IMG/VR virus record: IMGVR_UViG_3300023273_000760
Span: 34,708 to 98,707 of that record
DNA: 64,000 bases
From: a virus
Direction: 5' to 3' (one strand)
The notes beneath the pieces are model-generated. The model did no database searches. It worked only from the letters and a program-made list of their open reading frames with translations, and had not been told where the DNA came from. Within the stretch, counting starts at the first letter, position 1. Every line of letters begins with the position of its first letter. This document shows, in pieces, positions 50,519 through 58,767 of this stretch. A program made the position numbers and the translations under genes.

Positions 50519-51155
50519 TTGTTTCTTTTGCTCTCTTAACAAATCTTACAGGGTTCATTTCAAACAGATCTCCTGTTGCTTTTCCGTTTATATAACACTC
50601 ATGTAAACTACTGAAACTAATTGGATAAAACATCACATGATCATCTTTTATGGTATTTAAATCAAATGATGTACTGTTATAACCAATCATTACCGGTGGA
50701 GGAAACTCAGTCATACCATACCAATTTGCTACAGTTTGGACACCACGTTCTCTAAACGCATCTATAAAACTTTGTTCTATTTTGGAACTACCTGTAACCA
50801 TATAACGTACACTGCTCATATCTAACTGTTTAAATGCTTTAGTGTTACTTAATAGTTCTAAATGCCGCGGTATTAACGCTATAACCGTCGGTTTAACGCG
50901 GTTAAACAGTTCAGGGTAGGTGTAGGTACTAAAGTTGCTAGAAACGTGCTGTGCGCCGCTTAAAAACGCAGGAAGAGCGGTGATTGTGTAGTGGGCAATA
51001 GTGTTTGCAGGGAACACATCGAGTACTATATCGTCTTTGGTAAGTCCAATTTCTTTTATACTTTTGGTTGCACATTCTTTTATATAATCCCAAGAATGTT
51101 TAACCTCTTTTGGTTCGTCGGTACTACCAGATGTGAATAGTGTAAGAGTGCTCAT
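50490..51155 (-). CDS. Truncated ANL/AMP-binding (acyl-CoA synthetase-like) core
   Basis: FTSGSTDEPK (A3), WYGMTE (A5), TGD (A7). Confidence 0.75.
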   Translation of the reverse strand: MSTLTLFTSGSTDEPKEVKHSWDYIKECATKSIKEIGLTKDDIVLDVFPANTIAHYTITALPAFLSGAQHVSSNFSTYTYPELFNRVKPTVIALIPRHLELLSNTKAFKQLDMSSVRYMVTGSSKIEQSFIDAFRERGVQTVANWYGMTEFPPPVMIGYNSTSFDLNTIKDDHVMFYPISFSSLHECYINGKATGDLFEMNPVRFVKRAKETNGQTWKTKV

Positions 51156-51160
51156 ACACT

Positions 51161-51167
51161 TACTTAT
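51161..51167 (-). promoter_or_regulatory. Late-type box ATAAGTA, 5 nt before ATG 51155
   Basis: Minus strand ATAAGTAagtgtATG. Confidence 0.45.
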
Positions 51168-51198
51168 TTTAAAAAGTTTTTGGTAAAGTTAATGCTGG

Positions 51199-52494
51199 TT
51201 AGTACAGTGCGTTCCAAGCAACACCATCATAGTATACTGGATAACTTACAGCACCGCCTTTTGATGCTGGATCCCAGTTAGTACCGTCAGCAATAACAAT
51301 CATTCCTTCTACTGCTGTAGGAGCACTTGTTTGTGGTGCTAGTTTCATAAACCCGTTTACGTCTAAGTGTGCATCTGCAACGTGTACTGCCGCTTGGTTA
51401 ATAGCAAAGTAACCACGTGCATCAAAAGATGCCGCAACCAATGAAGGTGCTGTACCTGTTCCTGCATTGTTAAGGAAAATAATTTTACCTTTAGCAGTAT
51501 CATTGGCAACTGTTTCATTATTGTCAACAGTTAATGCAATAATTGCGTTTGGAACATTACCTTCAGTGCCGCTACCGTCAACATCTGGATCAACTGATCT
51601 AGAACTTAAAACGCCAACATAATCACCTGCTGTTGCTTTAACAGGAGTAACCATATCGCCGTGACGTGCAGTAAATGTAAACTTGGCACTATCATTAATG
51701 CCAGTACCTGCAATGTTAACAATTTCAATTGGCTCAGATCCGTCTGCGTTAACAACCTGGAATACGTTAGAAACTACATCGTTAATATCGCCAATACGAA
51801 CTTCATTAACACCTTGAACTGTAATCTGATTATCAACAATGTTCATTACACCATTAAACAGTTTAACAGTACCGTCTGTTCCATCAATGATTGTACTAGA
51901 ATCTTCAGCAAATACAGAACCTTGTAGATCTGCATTTAGTTGTGTAATTTGCAAAGCATTAAGATCAAGATCGCCTGGCTTCCATTGAGCGGCAAGATTA
52001 TCCCAAGTAAGGATTTGTCCGTTGATAGGAGCGTCTGCACCTGATGTACTTACATCACCTAGACCGTCAATACTCTTAGATGCTAATTGTGCATCAAGAT
52101 CAAATGACAAAAATGCTTCATCACCTACAACCCAGCCACCTGCACCACCGTTAGCACTTGAATCGTATTTTAAAATTTTGTTAGTAGCAACACCAGATAC
52201 AGCATCAACATTAGTTAAATCATTTAGTTCTTGTGCAATATTAAGTGTTTGTGGTTCCCATGTGTTTCCAGTAGTGTTCCACGTTAGCACTTGTCCGTTA
52301 GCAACACCAGCAGTAACAACATCGGTTAAGTCATTTAATCCTACGTCTGGATTAATAAGTGTACCTGTTGATGATGATCCATCGCCAACGTATAATTTAC
52401 CTGTGTCGGTAGTGTAAATGGGTTCACCCGTTGCTGAGGAGCCTACTAGGGCGTCTAACTCGGCTTGTGTACCTCTTCTAAATTTAAGTGCCAT
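51199..52494 (-). CDS. Tail fibre/virion appendage protein
   Basis: N-terminal LKFRRGT...GEPIYTTDTGKLYVGDG (Mtd-N/hyaluronidase-N-like); LNDLTDV..GQVLTW repeats; AGGAG RBS and CATAAATA box upstream. Confidence 0.75.
   Translation of the reverse strand: MALKFRRGTQAELDALVGSSATGEPIYTTDTGKLYVGDGSSSTGTLINPDVGLNDLTDVVTAGVANGQVLTWNTTGNTWEPQTLNIAQELNDLTNVDAVSGVATNKILKYDSSANGGAGGWVVGDEAFLSFDLDAQLASKSIDGLGDVSTSGADAPINGQILTWDNLAAQWKPGDLDLNALQITQLNADLQGSVFAEDSSTIIDGTDGTVKLFNGVMNIVDNQITVQGVNEVRIGDINDVVSNVFQVVNADGSEPIEIVNIAGTGINDSAKFTFTARHGDMVTPVKATAGDYVGVLSSRSVDPDVDGSGTEGNVPNAIIALTVDNNETVANDTAKGKIIFLNNAGTGTAPSLVAASFDARGYFAINQAAVHVADAHLDVNGFMKLAPQTSAPTAVEGMIVIADGTNWDPASKGGAVSYPVYYDGVAWNALY
51960..52340 (-). 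repeat. Three degenerate ~40-55 aa fibre repeats (coordinates approximate)
   Basis: LNDLTDV..NGQVLTWN..WEP / LNDLTNV..NKILKYD..W / IDGLGDV..NGQILTWD..WKP. Confidence 0.6.
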
Positions 52495-52562
52495 ACTTGC
52501 TAACTCCTGATATCTGTTTGCTATATGTATTTATGCGAATTGACATCTTTCTTTATTCTTAC

Positions 52563-52880
52563 TTATTTACGCATTTTAGCGTTTTTTAAGGCTTTAGTAA
52601 CGCCTTTTTCAACATCAAGTTTGATCTTTTTACTGTCAATAGCGAAGTTAACGCCTGCAATCTCCGCGCCGTATGTATCAAATAATTCACGAATTTCCTT
52701 ATTGAAGGACGTTTGAGTAGCATTGGTTTTTGTTTCTATAATCCATATTTTCTTGTTCTTGAAGCGAACTTCAATATGTTCTAGGTACTCTAGAGGTATT
52801 GAATCAATTTCAATACCCCTGAATACTTCTGGCCAATGTCTGATTACGTCTTCAGGAAGTTTAAGTTTCCTGGACCCCAT
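52563..52880 (-). CDS. Hypothetical protein
   Basis: 105 aa ORF in a co-oriented block. Confidence 0.6.
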   Translation of the reverse strand: MGSRKLKLPEDVIRHWPEVFRGIEIDSIPLEYLEHIEVRFKNKKIWIIETKTNATQTSFNKEIRELFDTYGAEIAGVNFAIDSKKIKLDVEKGVTKALKNAKMRK

Positions 52881-52885
52881 CTAAG

Positions 52886-53488
52886 TTAAGCCTTGGCTTT
52901 TTTCTTAGTAGGTACAAGTTCCTCTGCTTGACGTCTTAGTTCTGCCGCTTCTTTACTTAATCTATCTGCTTGTGAGCGATATGATTTAGCAAGTGCTTCG
53001 TCACTTAACACATCTTCGGTTTGTTGAACATCAATTGGCTCTCCTGAAGGAGCAGTTACGTCACCAGTTGGTACTGATTGAGTAGTCTCTTTAGCCGTAC
53101 TACCATCTGTGATAGCAAGGTCATCAATTGAAACACCTTTTTGTTCAGCAATGATTTTGTTCAACTCGTCTAACGAAACTGATGTAGTGTTAGTTGGAGT
53201 CATTTCAACATCTTTAGTAGGAACTTTAAGAAGTTTGCCTTGAGTATGAAACTTAGCCAACATAATTGAACCATCGCTTAAACTTGTACGAGCCATTGCT
53301 TCGGCAAGTTCGTTTGCTGATTGACCAGTTGGTGACTCAATTAACTGCATTAAAATGTCGTGATCTGAATCTGTTAGGTTTTCAGTTGACACAATCAATG
53401 CATGATTAGAATCACCAGGAAGAGTTCTGTACGCAACAGCAACTTTCCTTTTGTTTGTTTTTAATCTTCCAATATGCTTAATAGCCAT
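52886..53488 (-). CDS. Hypothetical protein
   Basis: 200 aa ORF with GGAG RBS; C-terminal coiled-coil-like segment. Confidence 0.65.
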   Translation of the reverse strand: MAIKHIGRLKTNKRKVAVAYRTLPGDSNHALIVSTENLTDSDHDILMQLIESPTGQSANELAEAMARTSLSDGSIMLAKFHTQGKLLKVPTKDVEMTPTNTTSVSLDELNKIIAEQKGVSIDDLAITDGSTAKETTQSVPTGDVTAPSGEPIDVQQTEDVLSDEALAKSYRSQADRLSKEAAELRRQAEELVPTKKKAKA

Positions 53489-53489
53489 T

Positions 53490-53798
53490 TTATTTCTCCG
53501 TTACAGGTTCGCCAGATAATGCCGCTGATGCATCAGCACCTGAGACTGGAACATCTTTCTGGACAGGTTCTTTTTCAGCCGCCTTAGCCGCGTCTGCCTG
53601 TTGTTTTTGTACTGACTGTAAAAATGTATCTAACTTATTATAAGTTGTACCTACAGCCGCTAATTCGTTGGCCTTAAATGCGCCACGTTGTGTAGCCACA
53701 TCAATTACTGTTCTAAGAGTGTTTAGATCTTGAACGGTTAATTCAACTGCACCTGTGGCCGGTCCTGGTGCTGTTGCTTGTGTTGTTGTATCAGACAT
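53490..53798 (-). CDS. Hypothetical protein
   Basis: 102 aa ORF with AAGGAG RBS. Confidence 0.65.
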   Translation of the reverse strand: MSDTTTQATAPGPATGAVELTVQDLNTLRTVIDVATQRGAFKANELAAVGTTYNKLDTFLQSVQKQQADAAKAAEKEPVQKDVPVSGADASAALSGEPVTEK

Positions 53799-53838
53799 AT
53801 GTCTTCTCCTTTGTTTAGTAATGTATATACTTTATTAC

Positions 53839-54114
53839 TTATTTGTATTTTAAAAGAGGACACGCCAAAGCGAAATATGAAAGTTCCTTTGGATCCTCAA
53901 AACCGATTCTTAATCGGTGTTCTAAAGTATTATTCTGTTGTATTTGGATACTTTTACCAATGTAAAATCTACTCTTACAATGAGTGAGTATCCAATTTGT
54001 TAGTGCCTTTTCTAGATTATAATTTGGATGAATATCTAAGTACTCTAAATGAGGTCCTGGATATTCTAAACGTCTTAGTTTAAAATAGTTAAGCGGATTT
54101 GGTTTCAACTTCAT
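53839..54114 (-). CDS. Hypothetical protein
   Basis: 91 aa ORF overlapping the end of the VWA gene. Confidence 0.55.
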   Translation of the reverse strand: MKLKPNPLNYFKLRRLEYPGPHLEYLDIHPNYNLEKALTNWILTHCKSRFYIGKSIQIQQNNTLEHRLRIGFEDPKELSYFALACPLLKYK

Positions 54115-55369
54115 AGTGTGTAGTTACTCCGAACGGTGCTTGTGTTTCTTTATTATGATGACTATGAATAACAAAGATAGTATCACAATAGTCAGGATCT
54201 CCCCAACCATCCCAAGTATATCCGTCAGTAAACATAATAAATTTCTTAGGAACAATATCGTTTTCTTTCATGTAATTCCAGTTACACATAAAGTCTGTGC
54301 CACCACCACCTACAACTTCATAAGATGTTAAATCGTTTGAAGATGCATCAAAGTCTGCTTCATTATAAACTTCTGTATCAAAGCACCAAACTTTAATATT
54401 AAAATCTTGGTATTGATCCATAATGCCTTGTACTTCTGAAAGAAATATCTTTGCTTGTTCGTCGCCAATTGAACCTGACATATCAATAGCAACACAAATA
54501 TCAATAGTATCTTCAAAGTTCATACCAGGAAGAATAGCACCAGTATGCCAGCCTTTACGTGAAGGACGACTAAACGTAAAATCGTTCTTAATAGTTGATT
54601 GTATCTGTTGCTGAAGTAACTCTCTCCAGTTCATTTTAGGTTCAGTTAGATCTTGAATGATACGTGCAATTTCAGCAGGCATATTTCCAGCACCAGAACT
54701 TTGTGCTGAACTGATCATTGACTCTTTAATTTCATCTCGGATTTTACGTAGTTCTTCTTTGCTATAACTAGGTTTACCTTCACCTTTTTTATCACTATCT
54801 CCAGACTTGCTTTGACCTTGATTAGTACCATCTTGTTCCCAATCAACGTGCTCGTCAAGTAATTGACCTAGTTGTTTAAGTTCTTCTTCATCATATTTTT
54901 TATATAGTTCATCATAGATTTCTTCTGATGACATCGGATCATATTTAAAATCTTGATAAATTTGAATGTCTGCAGGCTTTTCACCAATCTTATCACGAAC
55001 AAGAATGTTGTTAACTTTGTAGTCAGCCGCAATATTATGAACCATAGGATCACGTTTTTCTCTACGACCCATATGATCGTAAACGCAGTGTAGGATTTCG
55101 TGTGCAATTACAAACTCGATATTTTTGTTTGTAAGAGTTGAAAAGAACGCAACATTATAAAACAAGTTACGTCCATCTGTAGCGGCAGTTGGACACCAAT
55201 CACTAGCGTCTTGTATCTTAAGACGTGTTGCCATATTACCAAAAAATGGGTGACGAAGTAGCAAACCTACTCTTGCAACAATAATTTTATCAAGAACTTC
55301 TGCACGAAGTTCGTCAGTAATTTCAACTTCTACTTTAGTTGCTTTTTCTAAAACAGTTGTATTTGCCAT
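54089..55369 (-). CDS. Metallopeptidase-like + VWA domain protein (DUF2201-like), MoxR partner
   Basis: TAATDG, HEILH (HExxH), AIDMSGS MIDAS, GGGGTDF, FTDG. Confidence 0.85.
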   Translation of the reverse strand: MANTTVLEKATKVEVEITDELRAEVLDKIIVARVGLLLRHPFFGNMATRLKIQDASDWCPTAATDGRNLFYNVAFFSTLTNKNIEFVIAHEILHCVYDHMGRREKRDPMVHNIAADYKVNNILVRDKIGEKPADIQIYQDFKYDPMSSEEIYDELYKKYDEEELKQLGQLLDEHVDWEQDGTNQGQSKSGDSDKKGEGKPSYSKEELRKIRDEIKESMISSAQSSGAGNMPAEIARIIQDLTEPKMNWRELLQQQIQSTIKNDFTFSRPSRKGWHTGAILPGMNFEDTIDICVAIDMSGSIGDEQAKIFLSEVQGIMDQYQDFNIKVWCFDTEVYNEADFDASSNDLTSYEVVGGGGTDFMCNWNYMKENDIVPKKFIMFTDGYTWDGWGDPDYCDTIFVIHSHHNKETQAPFGVTTHYEVETKSA

Positions 55370-55371
55370 TA

Positions 55372-55392
55372 TGTATTCCTCTCAGTGCCTTA
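55372..55392 (-). promoter_or_regulatory. Conserved leader/RBS motif TAAGGCACTGAGAGGAATACA (copy 1)
   Basis: Near-identical to 56617-56641. Confidence 0.6.
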
Positions 55393-55402
55393 TTATGTAT
55401 AT

Positions 55403-55431
55403 ATTATAGTATATTTAAGATGGAAAGTCAA
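55403..55431 (-). promoter_or_regulatory. Sigma70-type promoter of the VWA gene
   Basis: TTGACT-17 nt-TATAAT. Confidence 0.75.
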
Positions 55432-55436
55432 CCCCT

Positions 55437-55524
55437 AAAAAGATTGGGGAAACAGTGCTGTGAAAGGACTTACCAGCATAGCCGTTGCCTTTCTCAATGT
55501 TTTGGAACAACACTGCTCCCCCAA
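55437..55524 (-). ncRNA. Structured RNA element/complex terminator after the MoxR gene
   Basis: 17-bp helix with three G-U pairs (minus strand only) enclosing GAAAGG/CCUUUC and CGGC/GCUG stems, followed by UCUUUUU. Confidence 0.5.
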
Positions 55525-55528
55525 AAAG

Positions 55529-56614
55529 TTAAGAAGCCTGTGCGGCAGTTACATACTTGCCGAATTTTTCATGGAACTCATCAAAACATTCAACTTCATC
55601 TGGATCGATTGGAAGTTGATATTGGGTAAGAGCAAGTTTGATGCCCATTACTACCAATTCTGTATCAAAGTTATCCATTGCAAAACGTAAAAAGTTATCA
55701 ACCATGTCGTTGAACTTTTTGTCGTTTTTGTCACTGGCTTCTTTTAGTTCATAGCAAAGTGAAACAGTCAAGGAATACATGGCACTGATTTCTCTAGTTT
55801 TCAATTCTTTCACCTTACCTGCTAAAATCTCTGAAGGATTAGGCAAGTCTGATGCCATCTTACGATGGGCCATAAACTTAACAGCAAGGCCTTCGCCTAC
55901 TGCACCACTAACTAAATCAGTAGTGGTATTCTCGTCATCATCGTCCTCAAGAAGTTCGGACACAAATGACCAAGAACGCGGTGTAGCAAATGAACGACTT
56001 GGCGACTTAGGATCAAAGTCATACAAGTCTTTCTTGCTATATGTTAGATAACCGACAACATCTGTGTGAATGTTGTTTGCAGTTGCCCAACTAAACCAAT
56101 CGTCAAAATCAACCTTAAGTTCTAAGTGAACAAAACGATTAGCAAGTGGCGCCGGCATCCTGTATGTGACGCCTTTATCTGCGTCTCGGTTACCCGCGGC
56201 TACAATTAGTACATTGTCCGGCAACACATATTGTCCAACTCTACGGTTAAGGATCAATTGATATGCCGCGGCCTGTACTGCTGGTGCCGCAGAATTCATT
56301 TCGTCTAAGAACAAAATAATGTTCTTATGTTTTTTAGCCAACTCAGCAGTTGGAAGTTCTTGCGGTGGTGCCCATTTCATTACATTGTCGTTTGCCGCAT
56401 AGTAAGGAATACCTTTAATGTCTGTAGGTTCCCAAAGTGACAAACGAACGTCAATGACGTGTGCGTCTAAGTAATCACCAATTTGGTGAATAATGTCTGA
56501 TTTACCAATACCTGGTGCGCCCCATAAAAATAATGGACGTTTCTTTTTGAATGCTCTAATAATACTCTTCTTTGCATTATTAGGACTAACAGTGCGAGTT
56601 GCGATATTTTCCAT
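55529..56614 (-). CDS. MoxR-like AAA+ ATPase
   Basis: GAPGIGKS Walker A, LFLDE Walker B, AAGN sensor, LANRF Arg finger, TPRSW. Confidence 0.9.
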   Translation of the reverse strand: MENIATRTVSPNNAKKSIIRAFKKKRPLFLWGAPGIGKSDIIHQIGDYLDAHVIDVRLSLWEPTDIKGIPYYAANDNVMKWAPPQELPTAELAKKHKNIILFLDEMNSAAPAVQAAAYQLILNRRVGQYVLPDNVLIVAAGNRDADKGVTYRMPAPLANRFVHLELKVDFDDWFSWATANNIHTDVVGYLTYSKKDLYDFDPKSPSRSFATPRSWSFVSELLEDDDDENTTTDLVSGAVGEGLAVKFMAHRKMASDLPNPSEILAGKVKELKTREISAMYSLTVSLCYELKEASDKNDKKFNDMVDNFLRFAMDNFDTELVVMGIKLALTQYQLPIDPDEVECFDEFHEKFGKYVTAAQAS

Positions 56615-56616
56615 TT

Positions 56617-56641
56617 TGTATTCCTCTCTTTCAGTGCCTTA
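56617..56641 (-). promoter_or_regulatory. Conserved leader/RBS motif TAAGGCACTGAAAGAGAGGAATACA (copy 2)
   Basis: Repeat of 55372-55392. Confidence 0.6.
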
Positions 56642-56663
56642 GTTAATTTCTAACTATGTTTAT

Positions 56664-56691
56664 AGTATAGCATCACTAGGATAAAAGTCAA
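56664..56691 (-). promoter_or_regulatory. Sigma70-type promoter of the MoxR gene
   Basis: TTGACT-16 nt-TATACT with TGn extension and an AT-rich upstream tract. Confidence 0.6.
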
Positions 56692-56725
56692 CCGGTTTTT
56701 TATATATTTTGGTGAAAAAAATAGA

Positions 56726-57118
56726 TTAAGATAGTTCTTCGTCTGCTCGTTTTAATGCTTTAGTTAAGCCGTATTTCTTAACATCACCACTAAAAAGATG
56801 TAATTCGAGTGCTTTCTTTTCGTCAAAAACTACTATCATTCTGTTAGTCAAGTAGTATGGACACGTAATAAATTGGTCTAACCAAATTACTGTGTTAGTT
56901 GTAAGTTCAAAATCTTGTGGGAATGGAACCTCATAGTCTGTGATTCCTATTTTTTCTGTAAGAAATAAGTAGCCTTTATCAGTAAGACGCAAGCCACCTG
57001 TTTCTTTTACTCTAGTATTTTGCCACCAAACAGATAGATACTGTTTCATAGTGGCTTCATTAATACTAATGTCTGCTTGTTTTAAGAAAACTTTTGTATA
57101 GGTTTCTTTCCAGTTCAC
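56726..57118 (-). CDS. Hypothetical protein
   Basis: 130 aa ORF coupled to the nuclease gene. Confidence 0.6.
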   Translation of the reverse strand: MNWKETYTKVFLKQADISINEATMKQYLSVWWQNTRVKETGGLRLTDKGYLFLTEKIGITDYEVPFPQDFELTTNTVIWLDQFITCPYYLTNRMIVVFDEKKALELHLFSGDVKKYGLTKALKRADEELS

Positions 57119-57540
57119 TTTACCTTGCCTTCGCGTAGAAGTTTTTCTCTATTAGCCATATGCTTCATTTGTACTTCTTCTTTGCTTCCACCGAAGTATG
57201 CAACAGCATGACCTTCTTCTACAAGAATGTCTGTTACCATACGTCCGTCATTAGAAACAAAGTCTCCTAAGATACGTCCGAACTTGCCTTTCATATCTTC
57301 GCCATTCTTATTAACTTGTGTTTTTAGAATAGCAGTTTTATCTAGTAATTCTTTAAGACGTGCTTTAGAAGCAAGTCCGAATTTCTTTTCTACTTTGTCT
57401 CTGGTTCTTGATTCTGGTGTGTCTATGCCCATGATACGGACACGTTCATCTTTTAACCATACTCCAAATCCTAAGTCTATGTCTACGTCTACTGTATCGC
57501 CGTCCACGACTTTTACTACCTTTACTTTATATTCGTACAT
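57115..57540 (-). CDS. Thermonuclease (SNase-like)
   Basis: VVDGDTV, RVRIMGIDTPE, KFGRILG. Confidence 0.85.
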   Translation of the reverse strand: MYEYKVKVVKVVDGDTVDVDIDLGFGVWLKDERVRIMGIDTPESRTRDKVEKKFGLASKARLKELLDKTAILKTQVNKNGEDMKGKFGRILGDFVSNDGRMVTDILVEEGHAVAYFGGSKEEVQMKHMANREKLLREGKVK

Positions 57541-57564
57541 ATTGCCCTCCGCCCTGTTATTGTA

Positions 57565-57855
57565 CTATATTTCTTTAACTACATCTCCGTCTACTAATCT
57601 TACTACAGAAAATTGATCTGTGTTAAATAAATCGTTTAATTTTTTCGCTAAGTTATGTGCGTGTCCTGGATTTGAAAAAGATACTTTTTTGTATTTAGGT
57701 CCAGGAAAATTTGTTAGTGAATTTTGAGTTTTTAAGTTAAAAGGCTTACTTTGATAAAACACTGCCCAAATGGCTTCCGCGGCGAGTATCTGATCGCTCT
57801 TATATGTTTTCTTATCTATGTGTTCTAACAATACTGTTGGTTTAGGTCTTGACAT
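57565..57855 (-). CDS. Hypothetical protein
   Basis: 96 aa ORF (MSRPKPTVLL..PGPKYKK); GATAAATA box upstream at 57891-57898. Confidence 0.65.
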   Translation of the reverse strand: MSRPKPTVLLEHIDKKTYKSDQILAAEAIWAVFYQSKPFNLKTQNSLTNFPGPKYKKVSFSNPGHAHNLAKKLNDLFNTDQFSVVRLVDGDVVKEI

Positions 57856-57898
57856 AAAATATACGTATTCCTTTTAGTTAACTACGTATATATTTATC

Positions 57899-58516
57899 TT
57901 ATTTCTCAGTAATTGTTATGTTAAATGCCGTCGTTATACGAGGTTCTGTTGTTGTTTGTTTAGGAATACTATGGTTTAAATAGGGTGGAAAAAATATCAT
58001 ATCGCCTTCTTGTGCGTTAGCATATACGACTTCTTTTGGCCATAGATTAGGTAGTTTTTCTACTACAGGAGTAGGTTGTGTACTTCTAATACCATCTTGT
58101 GAAGGGTTATAAAATACAGTAGGAGTGTGTATTGCAGTATCATATTTTACATAATGTACTGCACAAATTTGTATGGTGCGAGGACTTGATAGATGGTTAT
58201 GTGTTTCTCCCCAGCCATCTTTACCAGTTACGTTATACCAAGCATCAATACCGATAGTCCAGTGATACTTGTCAGTATTAAATCCGTAATGACTAATAAA
58301 TTTACTTATTGTAGGTTCATATTTTACAAACAGGTCATCCCAGTCTACTGCACGAGCACCTGGAAAATAATCGCTGTATACATTGCAAAAATCGCAATTA
58401 GGACCTTTAGTATTGAATTCGCTTTCTATATTTGAAACAAAGAATGATTTGATTTCGTCATGCTTATCAACCTTTACTTTATAGATATCAGTTGAAAAGA
58501 GTGTTTGTGTTTCCAT
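57899..58516 (-). CDS. Fe(II)/2OG dioxygenase-like protein
   Basis: AWYN..HNH..AVHY..EGDMIFFP.YL.H..RITTAFN. Confidence 0.8.
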   Translation of the reverse strand: METQTLFSTDIYKVKVDKHDEIKSFFVSNIESEFNTKGPNCDFCNVYSDYFPGARAVDWDDLFVKYEPTISKFISHYGFNTDKYHWTIGIDAWYNVTGKDGWGETHNHLSSPRTIQICAVHYVKYDTAIHTPTVFYNPSQDGIRSTQPTPVVEKLPNLWPKEVVYANAQEGDMIFFPPYLNHSIPKQTTTEPRITTAFNITITEK

Positions 58517-58767
58517 TATTCTTTAAAGCCACCACCGTCCATCTCTAAATTGACGACTTCGTTTTCTTGACGAGTGGCATTATCGGCCACGAGTCTTTCT
58601 AGTTCTCCATGGAGTCTAGATTCAACTTGGCCGATTGTAAGTGCAAGTATTTCGGCTTGTTGCATATTAAGTTTAACATCTTTAGCATTAGATAATTTAG
58701 CAGACTTTACTTGCTGAATAAATTGTTCTAATGGACTTGTATTAATCGGTTCTTTTTGCATCTGCAT
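58516..58767 (-). CDS. Hypothetical protein
   Basis: 83 aa ORF with coupled overlaps. Confidence 0.55.
   Translation of the reverse strand: MQMQKEPINTSPLEQFIQQVKSAKLSNAKDVKLNMQQAEILALTIGQVESRLHGELERLVADNATRQENEVVNLEMDGGGFKE

Noticed and set aside
15541-51155. RiPP cluster with a precursor peptide for the SPASM-like rSAMs
   Set aside because: No short leader/core-like ORF, RRE/PqqD domain, peptidase or exporter seen; intergenic gaps are under 40 nt and the small ORFs (81 and 114 aa) do not look like precursors
52540-52570. TTGACA on the + strand as an antisense promoter
   Set aside because: No acceptable -10 box at 16-18 nt spacing
55339-55690. 96 aa and 76 aa ORFs across the MoxR-VWA gap
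   Set aside because: They overlap a promoter, a structured RNA and real genes; no protein signal
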